From: Auanema rhodensis
Taxonomy: Eukaryota; Animalia; Nematoda
Reading direction: 5' to 3'
Length of the DNA: 64,000 nucleotides
Assembly (NCBI GenBank): GCA_964057225.1
Contig: OZ059894.1
Coordinates: forward strand, 7,998,001-8,062,000
Position 1 is the first letter of the stretch. Each line of letters begins with the position of its first letter. Positions 1-14,000 of the stretch are shown one piece after another. The notes under the pieces were generated by a model. It was not told where the DNA came from. It was given only the letters and a program-made list of their open reading frames with translations, and did no database searches. A program made the translations under genes and the position numbers.

Positions 1-36
1 GAACGCTTATTATCTTCTATTGATTTGTGGTTTCAG

Positions 37-162
37 TATCACCAATTCCTGCCACACATTCCGTTAGCACCACCTCTATTCCATTCACTCACCCCATATT
101 CAGAATCTCTCAATCCGTCAGAAACTAACCCAGAAAGGAAAAATGATGAGCCTCATCTCTAG
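37..162 (+). CDS. Last coding exon of an unidentified gene entering from the left
   Basis: tttcag acceptor at 31-36; open frame YHQFLPHIPLAPP...KNDEPHL ending TAG 160-162; AATAAA near 283. Confidence 0.55.
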   Translation, partial: YHQFLPHIPLAPPLFHSLTPYSESLNPSETNPERKNDEPHL

Positions 163-291
163 ATGCGATAAATCGAATTACATTGCCTCTCATCTCTTAA
201 GCATATTATTAGAATTTGATTATTTTGATTATTATTAATTATTAATGTTTTATTATTATTTTCTATGTTTTGAAAAGTCTACAATAAAAAT

Positions 292-3200
292 CTACAAATA
301 GAAGTTTGGAGGGAAATCGACTTCTCCTAAGGCAGCTTGAGAAGGGCTCTTGGTTTTACTGAAAAAAATAACAATGTCACTCTGCAATAACTATTTAGCA
401 CTAACAAAGTAAGTTTGGTATTAATTTTAGATGATATTCTTCGAGCAGCATCTAGAACACTAGGAAGGCGAGTGGTTGCTCCAATAACAGACGAAAAAGT
501 TAAAAAGTTTGTATATGTCTATAACATTGGATGAAAACTACTGGCCCGAGCTCCAACTCAAAACCTGAATAGTGCGCATACTTCTGTGACCGTCATCATA
601 AAAAATAACATAGCTAACTGGCCTACTATCGCTCTGAAAATAAAAATATACGCTTTCAACTTGCTTCCGACAAATCCAACTGAAGCTTGATCTCCATTTT
701 TAGTCACCAAGAGAAATTCAAATATCCGAGAATGAACAACATCTTTGTCAATTACAGTTCCTGGTATAGCATGACTTCTGAAAATTTTTTAATTATAAAA
801 CTACACAAAGCTCAAAAAAGAAAAACAACATACATAAATTTGTTATCATTATCACGAGAAATAAAATTCAATTGGCGTGTTGAACAAACTGTTATATAAG
901 TATAGTTTGTACGTCTCTGAACTGCTTTTCTCATTACAAGTTTACTGAAATTGAATTTTAAACTAAAAATTTTATTTTTTTCTACTCACTTGATCATTTC
1001 TTGATCATTATAATAGGTGTTTTCATGTCTATCACCAAATCGTACGTATCGGTAAATGAAAACTTGTTTAGGAAATTCTCCAACATTCTTTAAGTTCAAT
1101 ACGTTTGTCCGAAACAAATACTGAACTTACTATTTCGAAAGTTTTTAATCCTTCACGGATACCATGTACAACTTCCATTGAAGGCTTCTTTCCATTATGA
1201 AAGATGCACTTATGGAAAAATCTTTTTGAATTTTTAAATTAAAGTAGAATAAAAACTTACCGTGAAACTCTTTTATCCACATAAGTTACTACGGTTGTGA
1301 TCCAGCCGTTTCGAACACGTTCACTATGTAATCCGACGGCTGTGACTTGAAAGGCATTACTGGAAATAATGGATGTATCCGATAAAAGAAAAAAATAAAA
1401 ACAATTCAGTAAATAGCTCATTTGGCAAACTTGTATAGAAGTTAAGACCTCCCATCTTAGAATTAATTCGTAAAACATATGATTGAATTGCAGCTCTGTG
1501 AATATGAGAAATACTTAGTTAAATTGGATTACAAGAACTTACTCATATTTGTCTTCATCTAATAATTCTAGATAAGATAGAGTAGAACTATCAACAAATT
1601 GGCTGACTATTTTCTTTGAATCTAATAGCAATTTGATTCGACCTATGTTTGCATTATGTATAGGATGCTTTTCTTATATAAAAACTACCATAACAAGGCT
1701 CAAATCGCCTGGAAAATATAAGAACGACAGGAGTGATATCCTCTTTCTTCAGCTTATTCAAAAAAATTTCAAGTTTGTTAAATAGCTGTAATACATTATG
1801 GAGATATCATTTCAGAATAAAATAAGACATACCACATCTATTGGAATAGTTTCATAATCACTTTCTTTTCTATTACTTTCATTGAACCCATGCGTCTGAA
1901 ATAGAATTTAAAATAGAATCTCTTAACAGGACTTTTACCAAATAGTTCTTGCACAAGCCATCAAACACTTCGGCACCATATTGATGAAGTTGCTTTGTAA
2001 GAACTCTTGTAAATCTTCTAAAAAAAAGAAAAAATAAAGAAAAAAAGAAACTAATCAACTCTGGTAAGCGAACATTCATGCATTCCAAAGTCATATCATG
2101 TAAAGCATACACCAATAATAAATTTATAAATACAATTCTAGGTGTTCCCACTGAAATGTGGATTTTATTTATTTATATTTTAAAGTAGCCTTTCCTGCAA
2201 TAGCTTTTAAATATATTTTTTCTCTCATAGCACATAGATCTACATTGGATTCATTCTATTATTACAACTAATTAGTTTTTTTAGTAATTAATATTAAACT
2301 TACCACATCGAATACATTTAAGTCACTCAATCTTCTAGCTGTTGCCATTACGAAAGAATTGGAAGCCTGTAATCACAATATAACAATATATAACAATATA
2401 AGAAAACAAACCAAAATTTTTTTAAAAAAACCGTGATTATTCATTTCAATTGTTTTCATTAACAATGATCTATATTCTGTGCAATGTTCAGCTGAAAACA
2501 AGTTCATCTAAAAGAAAAATAAAACTGAGAATAGCGTAAATTTGCTGTAACATTTTTGGGAAGAGCCATAATGCTTTGTGCTGTTTGAGTAACAAATCCC
2601 ATTTTCGTGTATAAAACCTAGAAAAAAAAACAAATTTATAAAAAGATCTATATAAGAAAGATCACTTCCATAGGAGCAAGTCCTTGTTTACCCATAATTG
2701 ATACTACAACTAATGGGGAAAACATATATTCTATCGTGTATCCCATGTTCTCGTACAATTCATAAACTCTATTTCCACAATCCAACAAATAATCATAGGC
2801 ATTTTCTGAACATAAAAAAATATTCAAGAATGTTAAAATGAGGGAATACCTTCCAACAGTTCAACAAATTGAAAGGTGTCAGAGGTTAGATAGTAATCTT
2901 CCAAAAGATCTTTTCTCTTATCATACATAAGTACACCTTTTTCATTGGAACGGCTTTCAACTTTCAAATTTTGTAGAACAGTGTTCAATATATGTAAAAC
3001 ACCATTTGACATTTTTTTATTGTGTTTCCAATTATAATAAGATTCCGAAACTCCCATCTGCAATCAATAAAACTAATTTAAACTGACAATACCTTACATT
3101 TTTAAGAATGCTCCAAGCATAATCTATCAATCGCATATTTTCACTATGAAATACTCCGTGTGTCACTGAAACAGCTTGAAAAGAAAAGAAAAAAAACTTC

Positions 3201-4056
3201 AACTTACTGGAAATACTGGCTACATCTATTCCTTTCTCAATAGCTTGAAGATGACTGACTCCTATTCCAGGAATGTATAATACTCCAGTTGGATGAACTG
3301 TCTTCAAGATGATAAATATTATGCGAAAACAATAGAAAACTGAACTCTAGCTATCTTGACGATCGGATGATCCATATTCGAGTTGGGATATATAACTTTG
3401 TTGTCAACGAACAGAGCATTCCGTTTTCTAAACTTTCTGTTCATAATCCAGACTTTATAAAAGCAAACCTGTCAGTTGTTCCTTGAGACCCATTCAAGAA
3501 GAAGCATGCTATAGCAGAAAGACAAGAACTATTTTCTACAGAGAAATAATAAGAAGAAGTATTCGAATCTCTTTGAATTCGAATATGTATTTTCATCTGA
3601 TATATTTTCGTAAATATATATTTACATAGCGATGTTTTACATTGTTATACTCCAATGTGTGACTGAATATGTTTAACTTCTCTCCAAAAGTCCAAGCTCT
3701 TGAGCATCCATCGAATGTAATCGAAGTTTCATCGATATTGCATGCAGTAACAGTGCTCCAAAATGAGTAAAATTTGTCGTCAGATCTGAAATTACTAACT
3801 CGGTAATAATCGAAGTAAATAAGTTATTAATATCTTCATACCCTAATTCTACTTTTCTACCTTCATTATTATTTCCTTCACATGTTATCGCTTGAAAACT
3901 AACAACATATTCGAACAACTGTAATATTTAAAAATATATTTCAATTACGTATTATGAATTAACTTTAAGTCCATATAAATCATCACGCAACGGCAGATAG
4001 TTTGTTGTGATGTTCATTAAAGGACCCCTTCCATTTGGTTCGATTTTTCTTAACAT
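292..4056 (-). CDS. Highly divergent Argonaute (N-L1-PAZ-L2-MID-PIWI), about 22 exons, RDE-1/ERGO-1-like, slicer residues absent
   Basis: Spliced translation gives collinear Argonaute motifs: N domain ITTNYLPL..LFEYVVSF, ITFDGCSRAWT; L1 VSVTHGVFHSENMRLIDY; PAZ YELYENMGYTIEYMFSPLVVVSIMGKQGLAPMEV; MID VVLIFSRRFEPCYGRIK, IVSQFV, LRINSKMGGLN; PIWI FPKQVFIYRYV, IPGTVIDKDVVHSRIFEFLL, SRPVSYVIFYDD, IQTYTNFLTF, RLPSVLDAARR; C-terminus PPNFYL*. One junction near 2150-2235 is unresolved. Confidence 0.88.
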
Positions 4057-4823
4057 TTTCTAAAATATTAATAATATACTATAAAATGTTTTTAATAATT
4101 CTAATCAAACTAAATACTCTAAATAGTATTAGAAATATTATATTTTTATCTTAATTTATTCATATATGAATAAAAGTAAAATTTTAATTTCTTATACTTA
4201 ATTGAAACTTAAACAAAAAAAATCAATTATTAAAGTGATAACGAAACTTTTTGAAAAAGTTCCAAGTTCTTCTGTGACGTCAATATTATATTGTTATTCA
4301 AATGTCAGCATATTTCATAGATTTCATCATAATAAAAATACATCAATAATTATGTGTGTTAATAGGGAAATATAATTTGTAATGAATGTTCTTTGGTGTA
4401 GTTATAACTCAAAATCGTCTGTAACGGTTTATCAGATATCTAATCAAGAATATATGTTTTACAAAAAGAACTAAAACACAATTACTTTGTTTTAAAATTT
4501 AAAAGTTGAGAATAAACAATAGTCTAGCAGGCTTTCGTACTTTTTCATTATATTCTGAAAATTTACAAGAAACGGTTGCGTTTTCAATACCATGGTGTAA
4601 TTTAGCTGTATGGCATATTAACCGATTCTTTTTTTGTGAAAGGGACGTTTTTTTCAATTTTATCTTTTTTGTATATATACTTTGTTTTCAACATAGTTAG
4701 GGATCACTTTTTATACTGGCATCTCCTATTACACATATTAAATTTAGAAAGAAACATGGCGATGATTCGAGCTACCCATTTGAATAGAACCATAATAAAT
4801 AATTAGATTAAGGCAAAATCAAT

Positions 4824-7800
4824 CTAGTATCCGGCTGGCACTTGTTGGGTTTTTCTTCTGTAATCTCCGCAAGCTGAGATTCCATTGGCATCAATAGTAA
4901 TGCCTTGAACGATTCCTTCAAATCCAGTTGTGTTGCGGAATTTCTGTCCGTACTTCCATTCCAAAACTGATTTCAACTCCTAATTAATTATAATTTAGAT
5001 TGGGGGTTTTCTTCAATCTCATACCTTGGGGAAAGAATCGTCAACCTGAGTAATATCTGGGGTAAATTGATTATGGAACATTGGAGAATCAATAGCGTCT
5101 TTGATGGATTGTCCGAATATCAGTGGACGGATAACGGCTTTAGCTACGGCTGAGATGATTTTTGATCCACCAGACCCTCCAATAACCATGCGAGGCTAGA
5201 ACAGAAAATTTTTTCTTCATTTACTGATGTGTGAAAACTGACCTCTTTGGTTTTCTTGTTGAAAATGACCATTGGACTCATACTACTCATTGGTCTTTTG
5301 CCTGGAGCAATGAAGTTGGTTTTAGAAGGAGCAAAACCAAATCTAAAAAACACCAGTTTATTATTAGATTAGAGCTAATAGACAAGCAAACCCGTTAGTC
5401 ATTCCAGGGGTAGAGAAGTCATCCATTTCGTCGTTCCAAATAATTCCATAAGCATCGGATTCAACAGCAGCTCCAAACCTGTAATTCAAATCTGTTAATC
5501 TGTCCATATTGGTATTTGATACCATCTATTGATAGTGGTGGTTGATGATACTCCGTTGCCATGCTCATCGAGTACAGTAACTTGAGAGGTTCCATGATCT
5601 GGGACCTGTATGAAATTTTAATAATATTTCAGAGGAAAACGTTTTTATACATGAGCTTGATCTATTCCTCCGTAAGCTTCAGTAGCTTGTGCTTTGTTGG
5701 TAACGCGTGAAACGACCCAATCAATGTAGGCTTCGCTAGTAAGGTTCTTGGAAAGCTCTAATGCACCTTTGACGTAGTCGTGGTCTCCGAGAAGTGTTCT
5801 AGAGAAAAGTCCAAACTAAGGATTGAAAATATTATATCTGTGTACCTTTGAGCGTAAGCAAATTTCATGGCTTCAGCAAAATGATGAGTGGCAATAGGAT
5901 CAGATTGGATATCTACATTGTGTCCTTCGGGGTAGAGTTCTAAATAATTTTTATATGTTTCTCTTCTCGTCTTCTGGGTTATGCTATGAACTCACTGCTC
6001 ATGATGGAGATAGCAAGTTGGGTTACAGCGAAAGAAGATGGAGGTGGTCCTCCGCACATAACTAAGTCTCCACGGAAGTGGTCAGTGATGAGAGCTGTTT
6101 CATAAACTCTAACCTTGTAGGATGCAAAATCGTCTTTGGTGATAATTCCACCTGAATATCAAATTTACTTTAAGTATAATAGAAGAAATTAACCTCCTTG
6201 TTTGAATTCCTTAGCCATAACGTCAGCCATCTCTCCATGGTAGAACAGCTCTACTGGGTCAGAACTTTTGGCAATTCTTTCCAAAGTATTAGCCAGCTTC
6301 ATGCGTGGAAGAAGATCACCAGTCTTGTATGTATCATTAGTCTTGGGATTGATCCAATCTCTGAAATAAGCGACAAATTTTTCAGATATTTGAATTATCA
6401 AGTTTACTTCATGCTTGGGAACAAACGGAAGTGACGCTCTTTAACTTTCATAACGTCATCTAAGTATTGAGAAACTGGTACTCCTTCTCTACACAAGCGA
6501 ATTGATGGCTCTACTAGTTCTTTCCACTTAATATTTCCTACAAAAATGATAATTACCATAACTCCATAAATATGAAAGAACCTGAGCCAAATCGTTTGTA
6601 GACATACCAATAACCAGCAAGCTCACCAGGTACAGCTGCTGCTTTGAACCCTGAACAGAGATGCTGATTCACTTATATATTTTAACATCTATTTTACCGT
6701 ATTTAGACCCATCACTATCACCTATAAACATTTCTTCAAAAGAAGCAGCTGGAGCACTTTCACGAGCATCAATAGCAATGCACCTTCCTTCGGTCCTGAA
6801 CGGAAAAATGGTTGGTAAAAATTAATATTTTTCATTCCAAAAGAAATTTCGTAAAAAACAAATCGTACTCACTTGTTATAAAGAGTCATGAGAAAACCTC
6901 CTCCGAGTCCACTTGATTGAGGATTTACTATTCCTAAGCAAAACATAACAGCGATAGAAGATTCGACAGCATTTCCTCCTTTCTTTAGAATATCGCTAAA
7001 ATATAATAAGTATTGTAGAATTACTGCCATCAATCTGTTACCCTCCGATTTTGGAACAAATTCCATTATCTGTTGTTACAGCAGCTTTTTGGAAGTGACC
7101 TTCTACGCTCTTTGATGGTGCTGGCCATGCAAACGGTGCCGATGAGGAAACCGGCTAAATTTCAATGATTGAACAAAACCCTTCTCATTGTATTTAGATT
7201 GTCATTAAGAGCATCAGAAACATTTTGAGCAAATTCAGATTTAAGTTTAAGCAAACATACCGATGCTATTGCAGAATTTTGGCTGAACGCCAATAAAAGA
7301 GTGACCAAAGCTATCATGACCAGAAGAGCCAGCACGATAGTGAATAGAAACCTAGAAATAAATAATTAATAAACAATAAGAGTCTTCAAAATTAGACAAG
7401 CACTGCTCCTCAAATTGAGAAGTCTCTGAGAAGATGGAAAAAAATAAATTCAGAATAAATGGACAGATCTCTCGAACTCTGTATATGGTATGACAGAAAT
7501 TCTCACAAATCTCTGCTGGCCAAGAAGAGCATTTCGTCCATTTTGATGCCCCTGAAGGTGACAAAGTGAGACATGAAGTGGGTTGGACCAAGGCAAGATT
7601 TTTTGCCTGCGGCCATTTTCAGAAGAGCAAAGTGGCTCACCCTTTCACACCCAGTGTGCAAATAAAGAGTATTGGGTGGACTTTACGGACACATTTTCTT
7701 AGGAGAAAACGATTCCAAAGGAAAGAAAGATGAAGGGGAGAAAATAAGAAAAGAAGAGGAATGTGGAGCTTTTCTAGACGGAGATAGAGAGAGAGAGTGA

Positions 7801-9521
7801 TGAGGGGAGATGTAACATTGAGAATGCGAAAGGGGAATTTAAAATGTGACACCAACGGGAGTACCTGATCTCTACTTGAACTGTTCTAGAAGACAAAAAA
7901 AGCTCAAATATTTCTGTGCAAGGAATGTAGCTTTGTGTAGGTTCAGCGAAAAGTTACAAGGAAACTGAGAACAGCTAATTGTGACCGAACGATAATCAAC
8001 AAGTATCGAAGCACGAAGACGACGTTTTTCATTTAAAATTGCAAAAACCGAACAGAAATGAAATAAAAGACTATCAAAAAAAAGGAAAATAGATAGTGTG
8101 AACGTTATAGAAATGTCTTTTTTTGGGGGAATTCAATTGACTTTTAGGAAAGGCTAAGCCACACATTCTACTCCTGCAACGAAGAAGAACTGAAGATGCT
8201 GATCATGAAAGGAGAAAACCACATCTTAAAAAGGTACAACACGGTTAGCTCGGTTTAGAATGAATAAAAGAGATCAATCACTAAATATATTAAGCTATTA
8301 CAAATATGAATACTGGGAGTATGAGAGAATAAAAGGGACAGAGTAAGATAAAGAGATAACAGGAGAACCAGCTAGGGGATATACTGTCCCTCTTTCTGTC
8401 CCTCTCAACTCTCTATGTTTCTCTTTCTTTCTCTCTTGCTTCATCGTTTCCATATCTTTTTAAGAGAAAAATAATAGAATGATGAAATGTGAGAAAGAAT
8501 GACGATTGAAGAGAAATAAGCTGGTCTTCTATAAAGATAGACAGATAGTTAAAGCAAATAGGCGTTAAGATTTTAATCAATTGTATGAGATAACAACAGG
8601 ATTGTTATGTTTATAACATTAGAAATTTGCTTTTTTTTTTCATATTAATCTCTTAGTTTCATAGCTTGTTGTTTTGACAAACTATACAAGGGCATCCAAG
8701 AAATTCGGCTAACATTCAATCCGGTTAACAAAGAGATACAGATAGACATGTATGTGTACATGGTATATATTTATCTTTATCTTTCAACAATAACTGAAAA
8801 CCAGTTTTTTGTGATTAATAAAGATAAAAATGTTTTTTTTTAATCTGTTAAAGATATTTCAAATTGAATGTATTATAGCTGTTTGGGATATTTATATCCA
8901 AAACATTCTTTAAAATCAAAAAAAAAGGGAAATATTATGAGAAATAAAATAGAAATAGATGAAATAGAAGTTTAGTTACAAAGGTGAATGATCGAAACAA
9001 AAATATTTCTAATTAATCATTTGATATAAAGACCGCCTTCAAATTGAATGATAAGAGAAACCGAAACCGTCCAAAAAAAAGGATTTATAAGAAGAAACGG
9101 ACATTCAAACATGAGCTTTCAAGAATAAATTAGCTGTGTCCAGAAGAAAAAAATGATTTTTTGATTGTTACAGCTTATTATATCATATATTACATTTGTA
9201 TTTTAAAGAAGTTCAAAATGAATTTATTGCGATTAACAAAGAAAAAAAAAAGAAACAAACTTACTGTGAAAATCCTGTCTGATCTGAATATATACGTTGT
9301 TGTAGACGATGAAGACTATTAGTTTTTGAATTCTCCGTAGATACTGATTGTCCATTCACTTTCTGAGTAACTTCTGAAGCATCTTCTGCTATATTTATAA
9401 CGGTCGTTGAACAACCGGACACACGAGTGACAAAAATTTCTGCCTTAAATAAGAAAAAATTCAGTTTTTTTTACAGAAATTTAAATTATTTTTCTATATT
9501 TTCATTATTTACCGTATTCAT
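4824..9521 (-). CDS. Gamma-glutamyltranspeptidase (type II membrane protein)
   Basis: KKGGNAVESSIAVMFCLGIVNPQSSGLGGGF, IDARESAP, DHGTSQVTV (autocatalytic Thr), GIIWNDEMDDFSTPG, IAPGKRPMSSMSP; N-terminal TM helix FLFTIVLALLVMIALVTLLL; ends VPAGY*. The 5' exons (9521 to ~9263) are less certain. Confidence 0.93.
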
Positions 9522-11056
9522 GACATAGTAGATTGTTCACAATGTATCATAATAGAAATTATAAATACGAGGTTAAAACCTAAAATAAAACTTAGTCAAA
9601 CATCATAGTTAAGTGATGATATCATTCAATTATTTACATTAATTGTATACATAGTAGTTCAAAAACAATGTTTGTAAACAATAATATACAAAATAGGTTT
9701 CATCTGTTCAATAACTTTTTGATTGAAAATATGAGTTTCAACTAGAATTTCTAGAATAGATAATATTGATCTATTTGTAATAGAAAACCGGATGTTCACG
9801 CTACTGGTACGTGAAATATCTAATTGAAAATCAATTAGTGTTGTGAAGATATATGGAAAATTGAGAGCAAAATGTGATATGAATGAAAAAAACTTTTGAA
9901 CTTTCGTGATAAGTGCACAAAAACTTGGTTAAGGATAAAAAGCTTGACGTAACATGAAACAATTAGAGAAATTTAAGGAGATATGTACGTAGTTGTAGAT
10001 CACTCATTAATTCCGATGATAATAAGATATATAATAAGATTGAAAGAAAAGGGAAACTATAAATGTATGAAGAAGTAGAGAAAGAAAGAGAAAGAGGAAT
10101 ATGAGATATGACGGTAAAGGGATATAGAACTGTTTAGGATGAGAGAGGCAGACAAACTAGTAAAAAGAAAGAGAGAGTGAAACAGAGATAATAGACATAC
10201 AGAGAAAGTTAGAGATTGAAATATTGAGAGGACAAGAGGGTAGCAGAGAGAATAAGAGATGAACGACTTGTTGCACATGAGGTGTGAAGACGGCGTCGGA
10301 TGACGTGACTATCTATCTGTACGTAGGAGAAGATGCCTCCATCTAATATTTTCCTGTGTCTATTCTACACTCTCTATGTACGCATATTGAAACGAGTTCT
10401 GATGTCAACGACGGTGACGACCATCAGGCAGTTTGTACGTTGGATAGAAGAATAGGATTAGAGAGGTAGAGAACATGTGATGATACAGAAGGTGAACCAG
10501 CATATAGCGTTTGTGAGTAAAGGATAAATGAAGATGCAGATTTAGATGTCGACAAGATATATCATCCGGTATATCATATAAGCAGATCTCAATTTTATGG
10601 AGAAGAAGAAGAAGAACAGGTGAGGCAAACGTTTCTGTAAACGAAGGAGCAGAAAGCAAAAGATTGAATAGCATGACTTGTTGAGAGAGTTTTATAAGAT
10701 TAAATGGTTAAGAAGGATCAGATATAACTTTAATGCTGCCAACTGAGCCAATTGAGCTTCCATGATATTGAAACCTTAAACGCACTTTTCCTGTTCATAC
10801 ATAGTTGTGAGAAATCGGATCCGAATTTATTGTTTATGCCCAAAAAAATTCAATTAATTATATGATATAAGCATCGAAATGTTATAAAAGATTATACGAA
10901 TAGAAAAGAGCACACCACCTACAGCTACAGGAAATGAGGTAGAAATGATTGATTTTGAAAAAAAAAATTAAAAATTCCAAAGAAAAAAAATTTTTCTTTT
11001 ATTTTCAATGTAAGTAGAGAAATTTCCCGTTTCGATTCTATTAAGACATTTTTATC

Positions 11057-14000
11057 TTAAAGCTTTCGTTGAGTTAGTCGCAATGAAAATCCAAGTGATG
11101 GCTTTAAAATAATCTCTGATACAGCAATATTTCCTGGAGCTGGTACTTCTGTTTCAACATGAAAATTTCTAAATACGTATGAAAGAACTATTTTTTCTTC
11201 CAAAATAGCAAATTTTTGACCTGAAAAGAAAGAATGATGATACAAGAAGATGAAGGTTATTCTCGAGTTATTCATTGAACTGAAAATCTTCATGAACTGA
11301 CCAATGCAGTTTCTTGGACCAGCAGAAAATGGAATATATGAGTAAGGATCTCGCTTGACCGTTTTTTCTGTATCAAAGTGCTCGGGATAAAATTCATCCG
11401 GAAATTCATATTCTCTTGGATCCCTTTGACAAGCCATGGGTGCTACTACTATTGTCATTCCTTTGGGCAATTTGCAGTATTCTGCAAAAACAATTAGTAT
11501 TTTCTAATTTCATAACAAAATTCTTTAAATAATACTTTTTATGCATTTGTATTTTCTTTGTGTGAACTTAGCGATATGACCATTAATTTTCGTTGTATTG
11601 TTGTTTTTTCGAATTAAATAACGAATGCAACCGGTTAATATGATAACAATTGGAGAAATGAAATACTGAGAGTGTCACGTGATGACGTGGAAATTGCATA
11701 TTTTAGATTTCATATGGATAAACTTACTCATATCTACGTCTTGGTCAAGTCGACGTGCTATTAATGGCACTGATGGCATCAACCTTAATGACTCTTTAAG
11801 ACATTTCTCCAAGTAAACCATTTTCTTAACATCTTCCGATGTAGGCATGCGATCCGAATTTCCTGGAATAACGGCGGTTTTACGTTTTTTGATTTTTGGT
11901 CCAGGAAATGCTTCTAAGCTAGATACACGAACCAAAAATTGCGTCCATTTCCTCATGAACCAACTGCTGACACCGTGGTGTTTGCCCTAGCCACCACATA
12001 GTGAAGCCTATACTGCTAGCAGTTGTGTCATGTCCTGAAACAAAATATTTGAAGTTCTTGAAGTATGCTTTAAAACAAAATAGTAACCTTCAAACATAAA
12101 TGTGTCAACTTCTTCTCGTATATCCTCATCTGTCAGCTTATTTTCCATTTGGTTGTGTAATAGTAAATCCAAGAAAGGTCGACCATACTTCTATAATATT
12201 TTTTTTTCATATTTAATATTTTAGAGTAATGATCGTATACGTGACAATATTATGAAAATACCTGATTTTCTTCTGAATTGTATTCGTATTCCATTTCCTT
12301 TTTCCGTTGGGAAATGACCTTAAACTTTGAATTTTTTGAAGAAAAAAAGCCTTTTGATGGATTACGGAACGTACATTTCTTGTAAAGTCAGTTGTTAACT
12401 TAACTAATTCATCAAATTCATATCCTAAACCAGTCAGATACCATATAGGTTTAAACCACAACCAAGGTAATCTTAATTTCAATAAATTATTAAGAAACTT
12501 TTCTTTGTTTGAAACACTGTTTAGGTGCATTTCATACGAATAACATGAAGTCATTGTATCATCTGAGAGATTCAGAAAAGATACGAGAAGCGAACGTGTC
12601 CTATCAAGAAAAGAGTTTGAACTTTCATCAATCAGTATATGTAATCGCTTATGGTCATTCAGAACCCGTTTTTCAATAGTATTAAAGTGTGATATGTGTT
12701 CTATTTTTAGATAAAATGACAACAATTTAACCGGAAATATTAATTACATGCTGACTATATATACATAGTCTGGCTTCTCAAAATGATAATAACTCTTGAT
12801 CTCTCTTTCTCTCCAAATAATTAGAAATTTGACTCACAGCTACCGTTTCAACTTTTCCATTATTCGTTTATATCACATTTGAAGTTTTTTTTCTTGTTTT
12901 CCTACTGTGTATGATACAACACAATATATTGTAAACTTCTAAAAATCGTATCTAATTCTCTAATATCAACTCTTCTTACTTTAATCTTATCAAATGATAA
13001 ATAAGTTAGAGTAATATATATCGAAGATGTTATTAGATATAAGGTTTTACGTTTCATGACAAAATTATATCAAAACTTTTCCTTTAATGCTCAAAAATGT
13101 TGGCAAATTATTCATTTTCTCTTGGCTATCACGAGACTCAAAAAGGAATATAAAATGATTCTTTCGTGCACACAATTTCATTTAGGCCACCAACTTATGA
13201 TGAAACTTTCAACTATAACGATACTTTTTTAGTTCAGTTTGTTTACATTAAATATTGAAGAACATCTAAGAGATTACAAGGAACTGTTGGCTTCGATCAA
13301 CCTACGTACATAACTATATTCTATTTTGATCAAGGGCGTCATACCTGATTTCGAGAATTCAACATTCCATGTTTCTTAATGGAAATTGCTTAGTAATAAT
13401 CGACTTTCTTTTATTCCCGTAAAAAGCTTCTTTCATTTAAATCCAAATTTCTTATTCAATTATCAAGGAAGTCGCCAATAATTGACCAAGTCAAGTTCTT
13501 CATGAGGTCTTCCACAATAAAGAACTTCAAGTACAAACGTCGCTCTTTAAAACCTTGAATTACGATCTTACAGAATCATCAAAAGCGTTTTTCTTTATGA
13601 TCATTGTTTAAGATGCACCTATTCCACCGTTATACCGGGCTCTTCCTTTCTCGTTCTCGCCATATGTCTCTCATTCTCTCATTTGTTCTCTCTCCATCTC
13701 TTTTCCCTCTACTGCCACTAAACAAAAACAACTCCGCCTCCTTTTTCTGAACAAATGTGCGGAATCGGCATACTTAAACTCGGTAGAAAATGTTGGGCGA
13801 CACATCAATCCGAATCACGACTGTGGGTTTTCCCCCTCTTACCTTTCAATCTCTTTTCTTCCATCCCAATTCCTTCATTTCCCCGCAAGGTTGGCAGGAT
13901 AATTCAAATTCATTTTTCACTTCCTCATCTAAATTTCCTCAAGCTATCCCTATCTTGCTTGTAAAGTTCTCTTATTTGAGATATTTTTGTGACAAATATT

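Noticed and set aside
515-1676. Apparent in-frame TAA (1674-1676) and TAG (near 520) suggesting an Argonaute pseudogene
   Set aside because: Both fall within 46-nt GT-AG introns whose removal restores the frame and improves the motif match.
10057-10674. Hydrophobic ORFs in the track here and at 20525-21602 and 25736-28055
   Set aside because: By-products of purine/pyrimidine-skewed or T-rich non-coding DNA; no splice structure or motifs.
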